Source: an uncultured virus (IMG/VR IMGVR_UViG_3300013772_000004)
Lineage: Duplodnaviria; Heunggongvirae; Uroviricota; Caudoviricetes
Virus record (IMG/VR): IMGVR_UViG_3300013772_000004
Length of the DNA stretch: 64,000 nucleotides
Direction: 5' to 3' (one strand)
Under the pieces are notes generated by a model. That model was given only the letters and a program-made list of their open reading frames with translations. It searched no databases and was not told where the DNA came from. The position numbers and the translations under genes are program-made. Every line of letters begins with the position of its first letter. Position 1 is the first letter of the stretch. Shown one piece after another: positions 50,483 through 58,760 of this stretch.

Positions 50483-50788
50483 TCATCGGAGGTTCCTTAC
50501 CATGATCCAGCCGTTGGGCTGACCCGGCCGGTGCAGTGTCGAGACCGCGCGCTCGCTGCGGTACATCACGCACTCGCAGTTCGGATCGTGGCTGCCGAAC
50601 GGGCGTGCGACGCACACAGGATCCTCGAGAACGAAGCAGTCGGTGAAGGTGCCGAAGGTGCGCAGTTTGTGCTCGGAGATCGACAGCCAGCGTCGTCCAG
50701 ACAGGAACACGTCGAGCTCGACCTGAGCGACGCCCGGGAGGTCAGCGATGCCGACCTCGCGGCTGCCGTGATGGTAGGTGTTGGGCAT
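50483..50788 (-). CDS. Leaderless early Cys/His paralog family member
   Basis: ADLPGVAQVELDVF...SEH...FVLEDPVC...H...CEC. Confidence 0.75.
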   Translation of the reverse strand: MPNTYHHGSREVGIADLPGVAQVELDVFLSGRRWLSISEHKLRTFGTFTDCFVLEDPVCVARPFGSHDPNCECVMYRSERAVSTLHRPGQPNGWIMVRNLR

Positions 50789-50794
50789 GCACAT

Positions 50795-50823
50795 ATAGTG
50801 TGCGCGCGTGGTTCTCAGTACAA
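50795..50823 (-). promoter_or_regulatory. Early promoter P10
   Basis: TTGTAC-N17-CACTAT. Confidence 0.75.
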
Positions 50824-50902
50824 GGGGTGAGGAGGTTGTAGAAGGCGTCGGGAGGCGTTTGTTTGCTCACGGAATCCTCCCCACCGAGGATCCTGGCTAG
50901 CC

Positions 50903-51370
50903 TCAGTCTCCCTGAAGATCGGGATCGTCTGCGTCCTCGAGAAGTGCCGGATCGGGTGGATCTCTGTGGGGTATCCTGCGCACGGCCATGCGAGACTGGT
51001 CGAACGTGGCGAGACACGCGCTGCATGTCTGTCCTCTGTCCACGCCGATGACACCCCCGCCGCTCCAGCATCTTCGGCATCGTACCAGGAATCCACGATC
51101 GAGGAGATACCGCACCACAGACTGCTTCACTGACGAGGAGGACCTGATGCGCAGAATCTGTTGAGTCACGTCAGAGATCGCCGCGTCTACGCTGTAGACA
51201 GGAAGATCCATGGCTGTCTCGAGGAACTCGGACAGAGTCACTCGAAGACCGGTGGTTCCGTCTCGCCTGTACCGACCGTGAAGAGGAGTTCCGAGAATCA
51301 GTGATCCCACTCGGTTGGTCGCGAGGAGACGATCGATGCTGTTCTTGTCAACGTCGTAACTCGTAGTCAT
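50903..51370 (-). CDS. Hypothetical protein with CxxC pairs
   Basis: TGATG coupling; CRRC and CSAC motifs. Confidence 0.55.
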   Translation of the reverse strand: MTTSYDVDKNSIDRLLATNRVGSLILGTPLHGRYRRDGTTGLRVTLSEFLETAMDLPVYSVDAAISDVTQQILRIRSSSSVKQSVVRYLLDRGFLVRCRRCWSGGGVIGVDRGQTCSACLATFDQSRMAVRRIPHRDPPDPALLEDADDPDLQGD

Positions 51371-51867
51371 CAGAGTAGATCTCCTACGCGATCGATCGCG
51401 ATGTCGAACAGATCGACGAGCTGCGATCCGACTGGATCCTTCGTGTCGACCATACTGCGAAGACGACGAGAGAGGATCGCCACGTCGCGAAGACGCGTGA
51501 CGGTGTCGAGAGGCTGATCCTTGGCCCGGAGGCAGCTGGGACAGACACGAAGAGCGAACGCAATCTCGTCTCTGTTGTCGCGACTCACGAACGTGATCGT
51601 GTCGTCCTCGTGAACGACGGCCGTGAGAACCGCGTCCTGATTAGAGTGTACGAATCTCTGGGCGTCGATCACCGATACGCGCTTTCCTCCCTCGGGAATC
51701 GTTAGCTTTCTTCCCAACTGCTGGAAGTGATGACGTCGGAATCCGATGTCGGTGTTCGTAGGCGTAAACAGGAGTTGCTGGATGGGGGACGATGGGAGTG
51801 TCACGATCTGTACCGTATCACGTCCCAGGACAGCGGTGTTAGTTCGCCGTCGTGCCGGAATCTTCAC
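51370..51867 (-). CDS. Hypothetical protein
   Basis: 165-aa ORF coupled to the next gene. Confidence 0.55.
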   Translation of the reverse strand: MKIPARRRTNTAVLGRDTVQIVTLPSSPIQQLLFTPTNTDIGFRRHHFQQLGRKLTIPEGGKRVSVIDAQRFVHSNQDAVLTAVVHEDDTITFVSRDNRDEIAFALRVCPSCLRAKDQPLDTVTRLRDVAILSRRLRSMVDTKDPVGSQLVDLFDIAIDRVGDLL

Positions 51868-51883
51868 TCATCGTATCGTTGGT

Positions 51884-52018
51884 CGGAATCCTCTCGACTG
51901 AGTCGTTGGGGCTGAATGAGGTAAGTGACTGGAATGTGGTGGGGTGGGCCGGAATCCTCTCGCCTGATAGAGTGGGCCGGAATCCTCTCGTGGGGCGAAA
52001 TGGGCCAGAATCTTCTCG
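51884..52018. repeat. Short direct repeats (TGGGCC)GGAATCCTCTCG
   Basis: Copies at 51884, 51944, 51972 and 52001; the last three are ~28 bp apart. Confidence 0.8.
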
Positions 52019-52390
52019 CCTCGGATCCTTGGCCAGAAGGTAAGTAGCAGGTTAAGTGAGGTATTCCTGAGTGATGCCCGGAGGTTAGGTCGTGTTTGGT
52101 CGAAAAACTCGGCTGCAAATTCCAGGCGACAAAGCGCCAGGCTATGCGCCTACGGGACAGCAAAGCTGTCTGGAGACAAAAGCCTACAGTAGTATTTATT
52201 TATTCTTATTAAGTAAGATAGTATTGAGTAATAATTCCCCCGGTTTAGCGTGAATGGCTTGGATGTCGCTGCATCAGACGATAGGCGTTGTTGAGTGCAG
52301 CTCTCCTCGCACTCGCGTATACACCCTCTGGGCCATGAGCCCGCGCAGTTCACTAGTTCAACAGTTCATCGGAAGATCATGAGATGAGCT

Positions 52391-52711
52391 CTTCTCCACT
52401 CCTCACCCCTCCCTCCTCTCCCCTCCCCGCGCGCCGAGGAACGAGGAGAGAGGAAGATGGAGAGAGGAAGATGGACGAGGAGAGATGGACGAGGAGAGAG
52501 GAAGATGGATGAGGAGAGACGAGAAGGAAGAGGGAGGAAGAAGAGGAGAGAGGAAGACGGAGAGAAGAGAGAAGAGGAAGAAGAAGAAGAGGAAGAAGAG
52601 ATCTCCGGTCCTCCGGCTCTCCGGCTCTCCTCCCGCGCGGCTCTCCGCGGGGGGGGGGGGGGGGGGGGGGGGCGCCACGAGGCCCCCCCGGGAGCGGCCC
52701 CNNNNNNNNNN
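52391..52711. other. Polypyrimidine/polypurine tract, poly-G run and N gap
   Basis: CT tract, then GAGGAGAGAGGAAG repeats, a G run and 10 N. Confidence 0.8.
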
Positions 52712-52854
52712 GGCACCCTACCATGGCACGGCACGTGCTAGGCACCCTACCATGGCACGGCACGTGCTAGGCACCCTACCATGGCACGCCACGTGCTAGG
52801 CAACCTACCATGGCACGCCACGTGCTAGGCAACCTACCATGGCACGCCACGCTA
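52712..52854. repeat. 29-bp tandem repeat, about 5 copies
   Basis: GGCA(C/A)CCTACCATGGCACG(G/C)CACGTGCTA, head-to-tail with no spacers. Confidence 0.92.
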
Positions 52855-53239
52855 GCCGATGCGCACGTGGTACACCGTTTGCTCGGTCGGCGCTATGGCA
52901 TGTGGCGTGCTATGGCGCGGTACCCTGCCGATGCGCGCGCGCAGCTTCGCGACGCCACGCGCGGCGCACGCCAGCCCCACGCCGAGCAGCACAGCCGCAT
53001 GGTACACCACACCACACAACGCCAACGCCAACGCCAACGCGCTACTACGCGCTAGGGCGCCCACTAGCGCCACCATCGGCCCATGCAGTCGCACCCTGCA
53101 TACCCCATATAACAGGGCTCGTGCGTACGCACGTGTGGCAAGGCATAGTCTAGCCAACCGTCGAGCCTACGTGCCGGTACTGCACACGCCAGCCTATCGG
53201 CCGCCATGCGTGCCAGTGCTGCTACCGTAGCAGCCGACA

Positions 53240-53461
53240 CTAGCGCACCCCATCGTGCGATGCGACCATGGCCCACGTGGTACCAGTGCCGATGCTGTAG
53301 ACAGCGCGCGCAATGTGGCATGCGGTAATGTCGCGGTTCACCAGCGCGCACATTTCGGCGACACTGGTACCGCAGTACTGCGCTGGCAGTGTGGCAGTAG
53401 CGGCCTTGACAGGCTTACCACCGATACGACGACCGACCATGGTGCGAAGCGATTGAAGCAT
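53240..53461 (-). CDS. Small protein in the TC/GA-poor region
   Basis: Preceded by a mirror copy of the element upstream of 53741. Confidence 0.4.
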   Translation of the reverse strand: MLQSLRTMVGRRIGGKPVKAATATLPAQYCGTSVAEMCALVNRDITACHIARAVYSIGTGTTWAMVASHDGVR

Positions 53462-53740
53462 GCATGACCATAGTGCTAGTGGCGTGCCACGGTATGGTAC
53501 ACGGTAGAACGGCCTGCCAGGCCGTTACAGGCCGTTCTAGGCTGTTATGCCATGGGGGTCCAGGCCCCACCCTGGGGTGCAGACCCCCACCCTATAAAGC
53601 AGTGTGGTATTAGGGGGTTATACCAGGGTATGCGGGGTTAGCTATGGGGGGCCAGACCCCACCCTACCACGCTATGCCTATCAGGTTACGCTAGGTTACC
53701 TGCTTAATACCGTGGCACGGCACTAGCATTATACCCAAAC

Positions 53741-54133
53741 ATGCCTACTAACAACCTGTCCACCCTGCCCACGTCTACCTCTAACACATCGAAGGCCCTT
53801 GCCAAGGGCGGTACCGCTGCTAAGGCCCTTGCGGCGCCTACCACGGCAGTCAAGGCCGATAGCAGCACCACAGCTGTGCACGCCGAGTTCAGCTACCCAG
53901 CTAAGGCTACCACGTCTAAGACCACGTGGGTGCCAAAGGCTGGTACGGTGCCAGGTAACCTCGTTATTGCGCTTAATGCAGGCCCGATTACCATGGTGCA
54001 GGCTATGGCGCTTATTGCGCCAGGTGCTGCTAAGGTTGGCCATCAACACAAGGTCGCTGCACTATGCAAATGGTTGGCCGCTAACCGTAGTTATGGTACA
54101 CAATACCAAGGTGGTATGCTTAGCAAGGTCTAA
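53741..54133 (+). CDS. Divergent DUF3489-like wHTH protein, nearly Asp/Glu-free
   Basis: PKAGTV...H.V..L.KW...RSYG matches the three paralogs. Confidence 0.7.
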   Translation: MPTNNLSTLPTSTSNTSKALAKGGTAAKALAAPTTAVKADSSTTAVHAEFSYPAKATTSKTTWVPKAGTVPGNLVIALNAGPITMVQAMALIAPGAAKVGHQHKVAALCKWLAANRSYGTQYQGGMLSKV

Positions 54134-54147
54134 GCCATAGTAGTAAG

Positions 54148-54236
54148 GGGTTAGCAGCCCCCATACCAGGCTGCTAACCGGCTGCTAACCCATCGCTACC
54201 CCACGGGTACCCCACAGTTACCCCAGCGGGTTTTTG
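54148..54236 (+). terminator. Hairpin(s) and U tract after 53741
   Basis: GGTTAGCAGCC/GGCTGCTAACC stem; later CCC..GGG-TTTTT. Confidence 0.55.
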
Positions 54237-54384
54237 TGTGGTCTCGGCGCAGCCTCACCCAGGACCCGCAAAAATTTTTCCCATAAAACAGAGCTCCTCC
54301 CCAAGCACTGATTACTTGCCCACCCCTGAGCCCTCCACCTTGCATCCCCGCCCATCAACCATGAAATCCTAGAACCTAACCACC

Positions 54385-54714
54385 ATGTCAAGAATCAGCC
54401 TCCAGGTCACCAGCATCCTCAACGAGTTCGACCCCAAGGATCCGACCAAGATCGTGCGGCGAACCCTCGTCACCGCCCTCCACTCCCCCGTCAACGAGCT
54501 GAACCTCGGCGAGATCACCGAGGAGCGGGCTAAGGCGATCACGCCCGGGATGGAAATCTCCTGCGAGCTCACCCCCGACTTCACCAACATCGACGCGGGT
54601 CAGACGGATCAGCAGAAGGCGACCGAGGCGGCGAACAAGGTGCTCGACGAGGAGAAGGAGACGCTCGCGAAGGCGACGGTCGCCCCTCGCGCCAAGTCCC
54701 CCACCAGGCACTAG
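54385..54714 (+). CDS. Hypothetical protein
   Basis: Strongly biased codon usage. Confidence 0.65.
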   Translation: MSRISLQVTSILNEFDPKDPTKIVRRTLVTALHSPVNELNLGEITEERAKAITPGMEISCELTPDFTNIDAGQTDQQKATEAANKVLDEEKETLAKATVAPRAKSPTRH

Positions 54715-54718
54715 GACC

Positions 54719-54916
54719 ATGGAGGACAGAGAGCACATTCTCCAGTTCTTCGCGTTCGAGCACCTACCTCCTGGGCTACAGGAGGTCTCGAGACCGTTTC
54801 ACGACCTCGCGAACGGTACGATCATGAAACAGCCGCGCAACCCGGAGCGCACGGTCGCACTCCGCAAGCTGCTCGAGTCGAAGGACGCGGCGGTTCGCGC
54901 CGCACTGGCCAAGTGA
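54719..54916 (+). CDS. Conserved helical-hairpin protein (possibly Acb2/Tad1-like)
   Basis: ILQFFAFEHLP..LQ..S.PF...P...E..VALRKLLE.KD.AVRA. Confidence 0.6.
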   Translation: MEDREHILQFFAFEHLPPGLQEVSRPFHDLANGTIMKQPRNPERTVALRKLLESKDAAVRAALAK

Positions 54917-54920
54917 CACC

Positions 54921-55166
54921 ATGAAGCGAGTCAGGATCTCCAGCGACGGCGTCAGTACCCAGGTGCGAGTCGGATCGCAGCTGATGCACGACGTTCAGGA
55001 GGTCCTGATTCGCCTTCGCCCCTCCGGGCCAGCGGTCGTCACCCTCACGATCCTGGCCGAGCACGTCGAGGTCGACGGACAGGCCGTCCTGAACTTCGGC
55101 GGTGGCGGCACTGAGGAGACAGTCAACCTGCGTGCCGGCAAGTCCAAGAGGCCCGGAACCATATGA
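54921..55166 (+). CDS. Hypothetical protein
   Basis: ORF tiles with neighbours. Confidence 0.5.
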   Translation: MKRVRISSDGVSTQVRVGSQLMHDVQEVLIRLRPSGPAVVTLTILAEHVEVDGQAVLNFGGGGTEETVNLRAGKSKRPGTI

Positions 55167-55666
55167 GCCAACTCGACAGGACGGTCACCTGCTCTCACGT
55201 GTGTCCTCGTCGAGACATGGTGTCCGGCATGCCCCTCTGCGACACCTGGAACGTCGACGAGACCACCGGTCTTCGACACTGTTCCTGGTGCGGCTCGATC
55301 CATCCCGACCAGTTCATGCATCTGGTGCGAACGCACTGCGTACTCACGCCGACGGACAAGGAGTACAAGGTCTACGTCGACGAGACCGTCGCGCGGATCG
55401 TCACCGGCGACACGAACGAGATCGTCACTCCTCCTCACCAGCGCAAGTTCTACTTCCAGCATCTCGGCGTAGCCGACCGCGTGGCGTTCAAGGAACTCCA
55501 CAACGCCGGTCAGCTCTCCATCGGCTATCCGGGCAACTTCTACGTCGTGCCGTACTTCATGGTGCCTCCGAGATCTGCACGACCATCGGAAGTGCAGAGC
55601 TCGTCGGTCCAGAACGAGGTCGCCGATCCACTCACGGGGCTCCTGAGAGGCGAGACCGAGTCGTGA
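55163..55666 (+). CDS. Conserved hypothetical Zn-binding protein
   Basis: CSWCGSIHP...TDK.YKVY...KFYFQH. Confidence 0.6.
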   Translation: MSQLDRTVTCSHVCPRRDMVSGMPLCDTWNVDETTGLRHCSWCGSIHPDQFMHLVRTHCVLTPTDKEYKVYVDETVARIVTGDTNEIVTPPHQRKFYFQHLGVADRVAFKELHNAGQLSIGYPGNFYVVPYFMVPPRSARPSEVQSSSVQNEVADPLTGLLRGETES

Positions 55667-56571
55667 GCGACCAAGTCAAGCCGCCCGAGCCTGCGCTCGC
55701 CTCGATCATGCGTAAGCGGCCGGGGGACGAGCCGCCGGAGCGCGACGAGCGTCTCATGAGACGGATACGAAGTGACCGTATCATGAGTACCCCGGCGCAG
55801 GCGTACCGAGAGGAGACCGCTCAGAGCGATCTCCTCAGGCTCCGAGACGCACCGACCCCTCCTCCGGGCTATCGCTACACCATGGACGGTCGGCTCATCC
55901 CGATCGAGGGTAGCGAGCTGCCGATCACGGACGTCGAGGCACAAGAGCTCTTCTGCGGTGTCATCGAGATCACGGGGAGTATGCGGGCTGCCTGCGACGC
56001 CCTGGGTATCCGCAGCGTGGCGCGCGTGAAGGGCTACCTCATGCGGGACGTCGAGTTCTCCGAGGCGGTCGAGGCGGCGAGCCAGCGGCACAAGGAGTCT
56101 CTATACGCTCACGCCCACAAGCGGGCCACGGTCGGAGTCGAGACGCCCATCTTCGACAAGACGGGGCAGCTCGTGGGGTACGAGACGAAGTACAGCGACT
56201 CTCTTCTCACGCTTCTGCTGAAGCGCCACATTCCGGAGTTCCGCGAGGCGAGTAAGTCTGGAACGACGGTCACGGTCAACAACACCGACAACAGCCAGAA
56301 CGTGCAGATCGACGTCAAGAGTATGACGCGCGCACAGAGAGACGCCATGAGACTCATCCTGACGGATAAGAGCGAGCTTCCGGAGGAGGAGACGGTACCG
56401 GGTACCGTCTCACCCGCAGCTCAGGAACTCTCACGAGTTCTGGAGGTCATCGACGTGGACTCGACGGTCATGGTTCCGCTGCCTCCGGGCGTGAACACGC
56501 CGGAGGGCACGGTCAGCAACGAGGTGCCTCTGTCGATCGACACGATCGTCGACGATCCGGTGGACTCCTGA
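55663..56571 (+). CDS. Terminase small subunit-like protein
   Basis: HTH (AACDALGI); RATVG...KYSDSLL.LLLK motif; upstream of terL. Confidence 0.7.
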   Translation: MSDQVKPPEPALASIMRKRPGDEPPERDERLMRRIRSDRIMSTPAQAYREETAQSDLLRLRDAPTPPPGYRYTMDGRLIPIEGSELPITDVEAQELFCGVIEITGSMRAACDALGIRSVARVKGYLMRDVEFSEAVEAASQRHKESLYAHAHKRATVGVETPIFDKTGQLVGYETKYSDSLLTLLLKRHIPEFREASKSGTTVTVNNTDNSQNVQIDVKSMTRAQRDAMRLILTDKSELPEEETVPGTVSPAAQELSRVLEVIDVDSTVMVPLPPGVNTPEGTVSNEVPLSIDTIVDDPVDS

Positions 56572-56930
56572 TGTCGGGCGGCGGCTGTCCGCACTCTACG
56601 AACGCCTCGGCCAGTCCGCTGACGTGCTCCCGATGCATCCTGCTGGCGCGCAACGCGGTCGGCGACGACCCGGACGCGGTCACGCCTCAGCTGGTGTACG
56701 TCCGGCAGGTCGTGGTGATCGACGGCTGGATCCACGTGGACGGGGTAAACGTCGGGCGGCACGCGGACGGGCTGGCTCGCATGGAGGAGGCGGAGAGGCA
56801 GTACGCAGGCGGCACGTCGCATCTACAGTTCTCCGGCAAGAAGCGGTGTATACGGTGTCTGAGACTTGGGCACGACGTGCCCGACTGCAAGGAGGAGCGC
56901 CGTGTCGATATCGAACCGAAACCTGAGTGA
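56571..56930 (+). CDS. Zinc-knuckle protein
   Basis: CIRCLRLGHDVPDC. Confidence 0.6.
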   Translation: MSGGGCPHSTNASASPLTCSRCILLARNAVGDDPDAVTPQLVYVRQVVVIDGWIHVDGVNVGRHADGLARMEEAERQYAGGTSHLQFSGKKRCIRCLRLGHDVPDCKEERRVDIEPKPE

Positions 56931-57083
56931 GCAGCGAGTGCGACGGATCTGGCCGAGCGCCGAGCCTCCGGGCGTCGACGAGTCACGGGTGAGAGCCTGC
57001 GACGAGTACGGGAACTGCGACGCGCTGAACCCGCCGCCCGCGGAGACCGAGTCGCGGAGCGGTCCGGGATCCGGCATCAAGCC

Positions 57084-58757
57084 GTGACCGTCTCCGAGCC
57101 TCCTCTCGACGAGTGGTCCGGCCGCTACGAGCCGAACCAGGTTCGCGGCTACACGATGGAGGACATCGAGCTGATGCGGCGACGGCCGGATCAGACGTTG
57201 TTCGAGCTGGACGTGGCCGACGCCGAGGAGAAGTTGGTCGACTTCGTGAAGTTCCAGTGGTCTACGGTTGAGCCCGCGCGAAAGTACGTAGACGGGTGGG
57301 CCATGCAGGCCATCATGGAGCACCTGGAAGGCGTCGCCGACGGGCAGATCACGCGCCTTCTCATGAACGTGCCTCCGGGCTTCATCAAGAGCCTGGCCAG
57401 CGACGTCTTCTTCCCCGCCTGGATCTGGGGTCCTCGCAACCGCCCGGAGGCTCGCTTTGTCTGTGCGTCGTACTCGCATGACCTCACTATCCGCGACAAC
57501 GTTCGCTGTCGCAACGTCATCGGCGACGAGCGGTATCAGCGGGCGTGGGGCGATCGCTTCGCCATCGACCAGCGGCAGGACGCCAAGCAGAAGTTCGCTA
57601 ACGACAAGCGCGGGTGGAAGCTCGCCACGTCGGTTCACGGGCTCGGTACTGGCGAGCGCGGCGACTTCGTCATCGTCGACGACCCACACAACGTTCTCGA
57701 GGCGGAGTCGGACGCCAAGCGGAACAGCGCGCTCCAGTGGTTCACGGAGGTCATGCCGACTCGCGTGAACGACGCGGCGACTGCCGTCTTCATCGTGATC
57801 ATGCAGCGCGTCCACGAGGACGACGTGGCTGGGCTCATCTACGAGAAGGAGCTCGGCTACACGCAGCTGATCATCCCGCAGCACTACGACAAGGACCATC
57901 CCCTCTACGACAAGAAGATGATGTGGAGCGGGTGGCGCGGCGACCCACGCGGCCTCGTCGAGGATCCCAAGTCCGACCCGAACTACCACGTCGGCGCGGT
58001 CGCGGAGGGCATCATCGCGTTCCCGGAGCGCTACCCCAAGAAGGAGGTAGAGGCGCTCGAGAAGGTGATGATGTCGTGGGGCGGCACCTACTCGATCGCC
58101 GGTCAGCAGGAGCAGCGCCCGGAGCCGCGCGGCGGTGGCATGGTCTCGATCGACTGGTTCGAGGTCGTGGAGGCTGGTCCACCGCGAGACAAGTACGCGC
58201 TGCGATGCCGAGGATGGGACTTCGCGTCGACCAAGGACGGCAACGGAGCAGGGTCGGCGAGCGTGCGCATGGCCCAGACGTTCAACGCCGAGGAGGAGAA
58301 TAGCGACATCTGGATTGAGGACGTCTGGTGGGATCGCGTGTCTCCGGGCGGTCTGTACGATCACATCCGGGCTACCGTGGAGCACGACGGCTACGACGTC
58401 TTCCAGTCTCTGCCCCAGGACCCCGGCCAGGCCGGCGTCTATCAGGTGGACGACATGCTGGAGCTGTTTGCGGGGCACGACTTCGAGTTCTCAAGCGAGT
58501 CGGGCGACAAGGTCGTCCGTTTCCGTCCCTTTGCCGCGCAGGCGGAGGTTCGGAACAAGGTGGCGCGAAGAATTCGCGTAGTCAAGGGCGACTGGAACGA
58601 CATGTTCTTCGCGCAGGTCTCCAAGTTTCCTGTCGGACGACTGAAAGATATCCCGGACGGCTGTTCCAGGGCCTATGGTGGACTGGTTAGGCGCGCGGGA
58701 GCCTCCTTCAGCGTCGGTGGATCTGTACTTCTTCAGCGTCAGGGCGCTACGTCCTAG
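57084..58757 (+). CDS. terL: Terminase large subunit
   Basis: NVPPGFIKS, GERGDFVIVDDPH, IMQRVH, GWDFAS and KDIPD motifs. Confidence 0.95.
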   Translation: MTVSEPPLDEWSGRYEPNQVRGYTMEDIELMRRRPDQTLFELDVADAEEKLVDFVKFQWSTVEPARKYVDGWAMQAIMEHLEGVADGQITRLLMNVPPGFIKSLASDVFFPAWIWGPRNRPEARFVCASYSHDLTIRDNVRCRNVIGDERYQRAWGDRFAIDQRQDAKQKFANDKRGWKLATSVHGLGTGERGDFVIVDDPHNVLEAESDAKRNSALQWFTEVMPTRVNDAATAVFIVIMQRVHEDDVAGLIYEKELGYTQLIIPQHYDKDHPLYDKKMMWSGWRGDPRGLVEDPKSDPNYHVGAVAEGIIAFPERYPKKEVEALEKVMMSWGGTYSIAGQQEQRPEPRGGGMVSIDWFEVVEAGPPRDKYALRCRGWDFASTKDGNGAGSASVRMAQTFNAEEENSDIWIEDVWWDRVSPGGLYDHIRATVEHDGYDVFQSLPQDPGQAGVYQVDDMLELFAGHDFEFSSESGDKVVRFRPFAAQAEVRNKVARRIRVVKGDWNDMFFAQVSKFPVGRLKDIPDGCSRAYGGLVRRAGASFSVGGSVLLQRQGATS

Positions 58758-58760
58758 GAT

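Noticed and set aside
52366..52799. Low-complexity ORFs (poly-S/E/P) around the gap
   Set aside because: They are translations of the purine/pyrimidine tract, poly-G run and Ns
52712..52854. Possible CRISPR array (29-bp repeats)
   Set aside because: Units are head-to-tail with no unique spacers, and no cas genes are present
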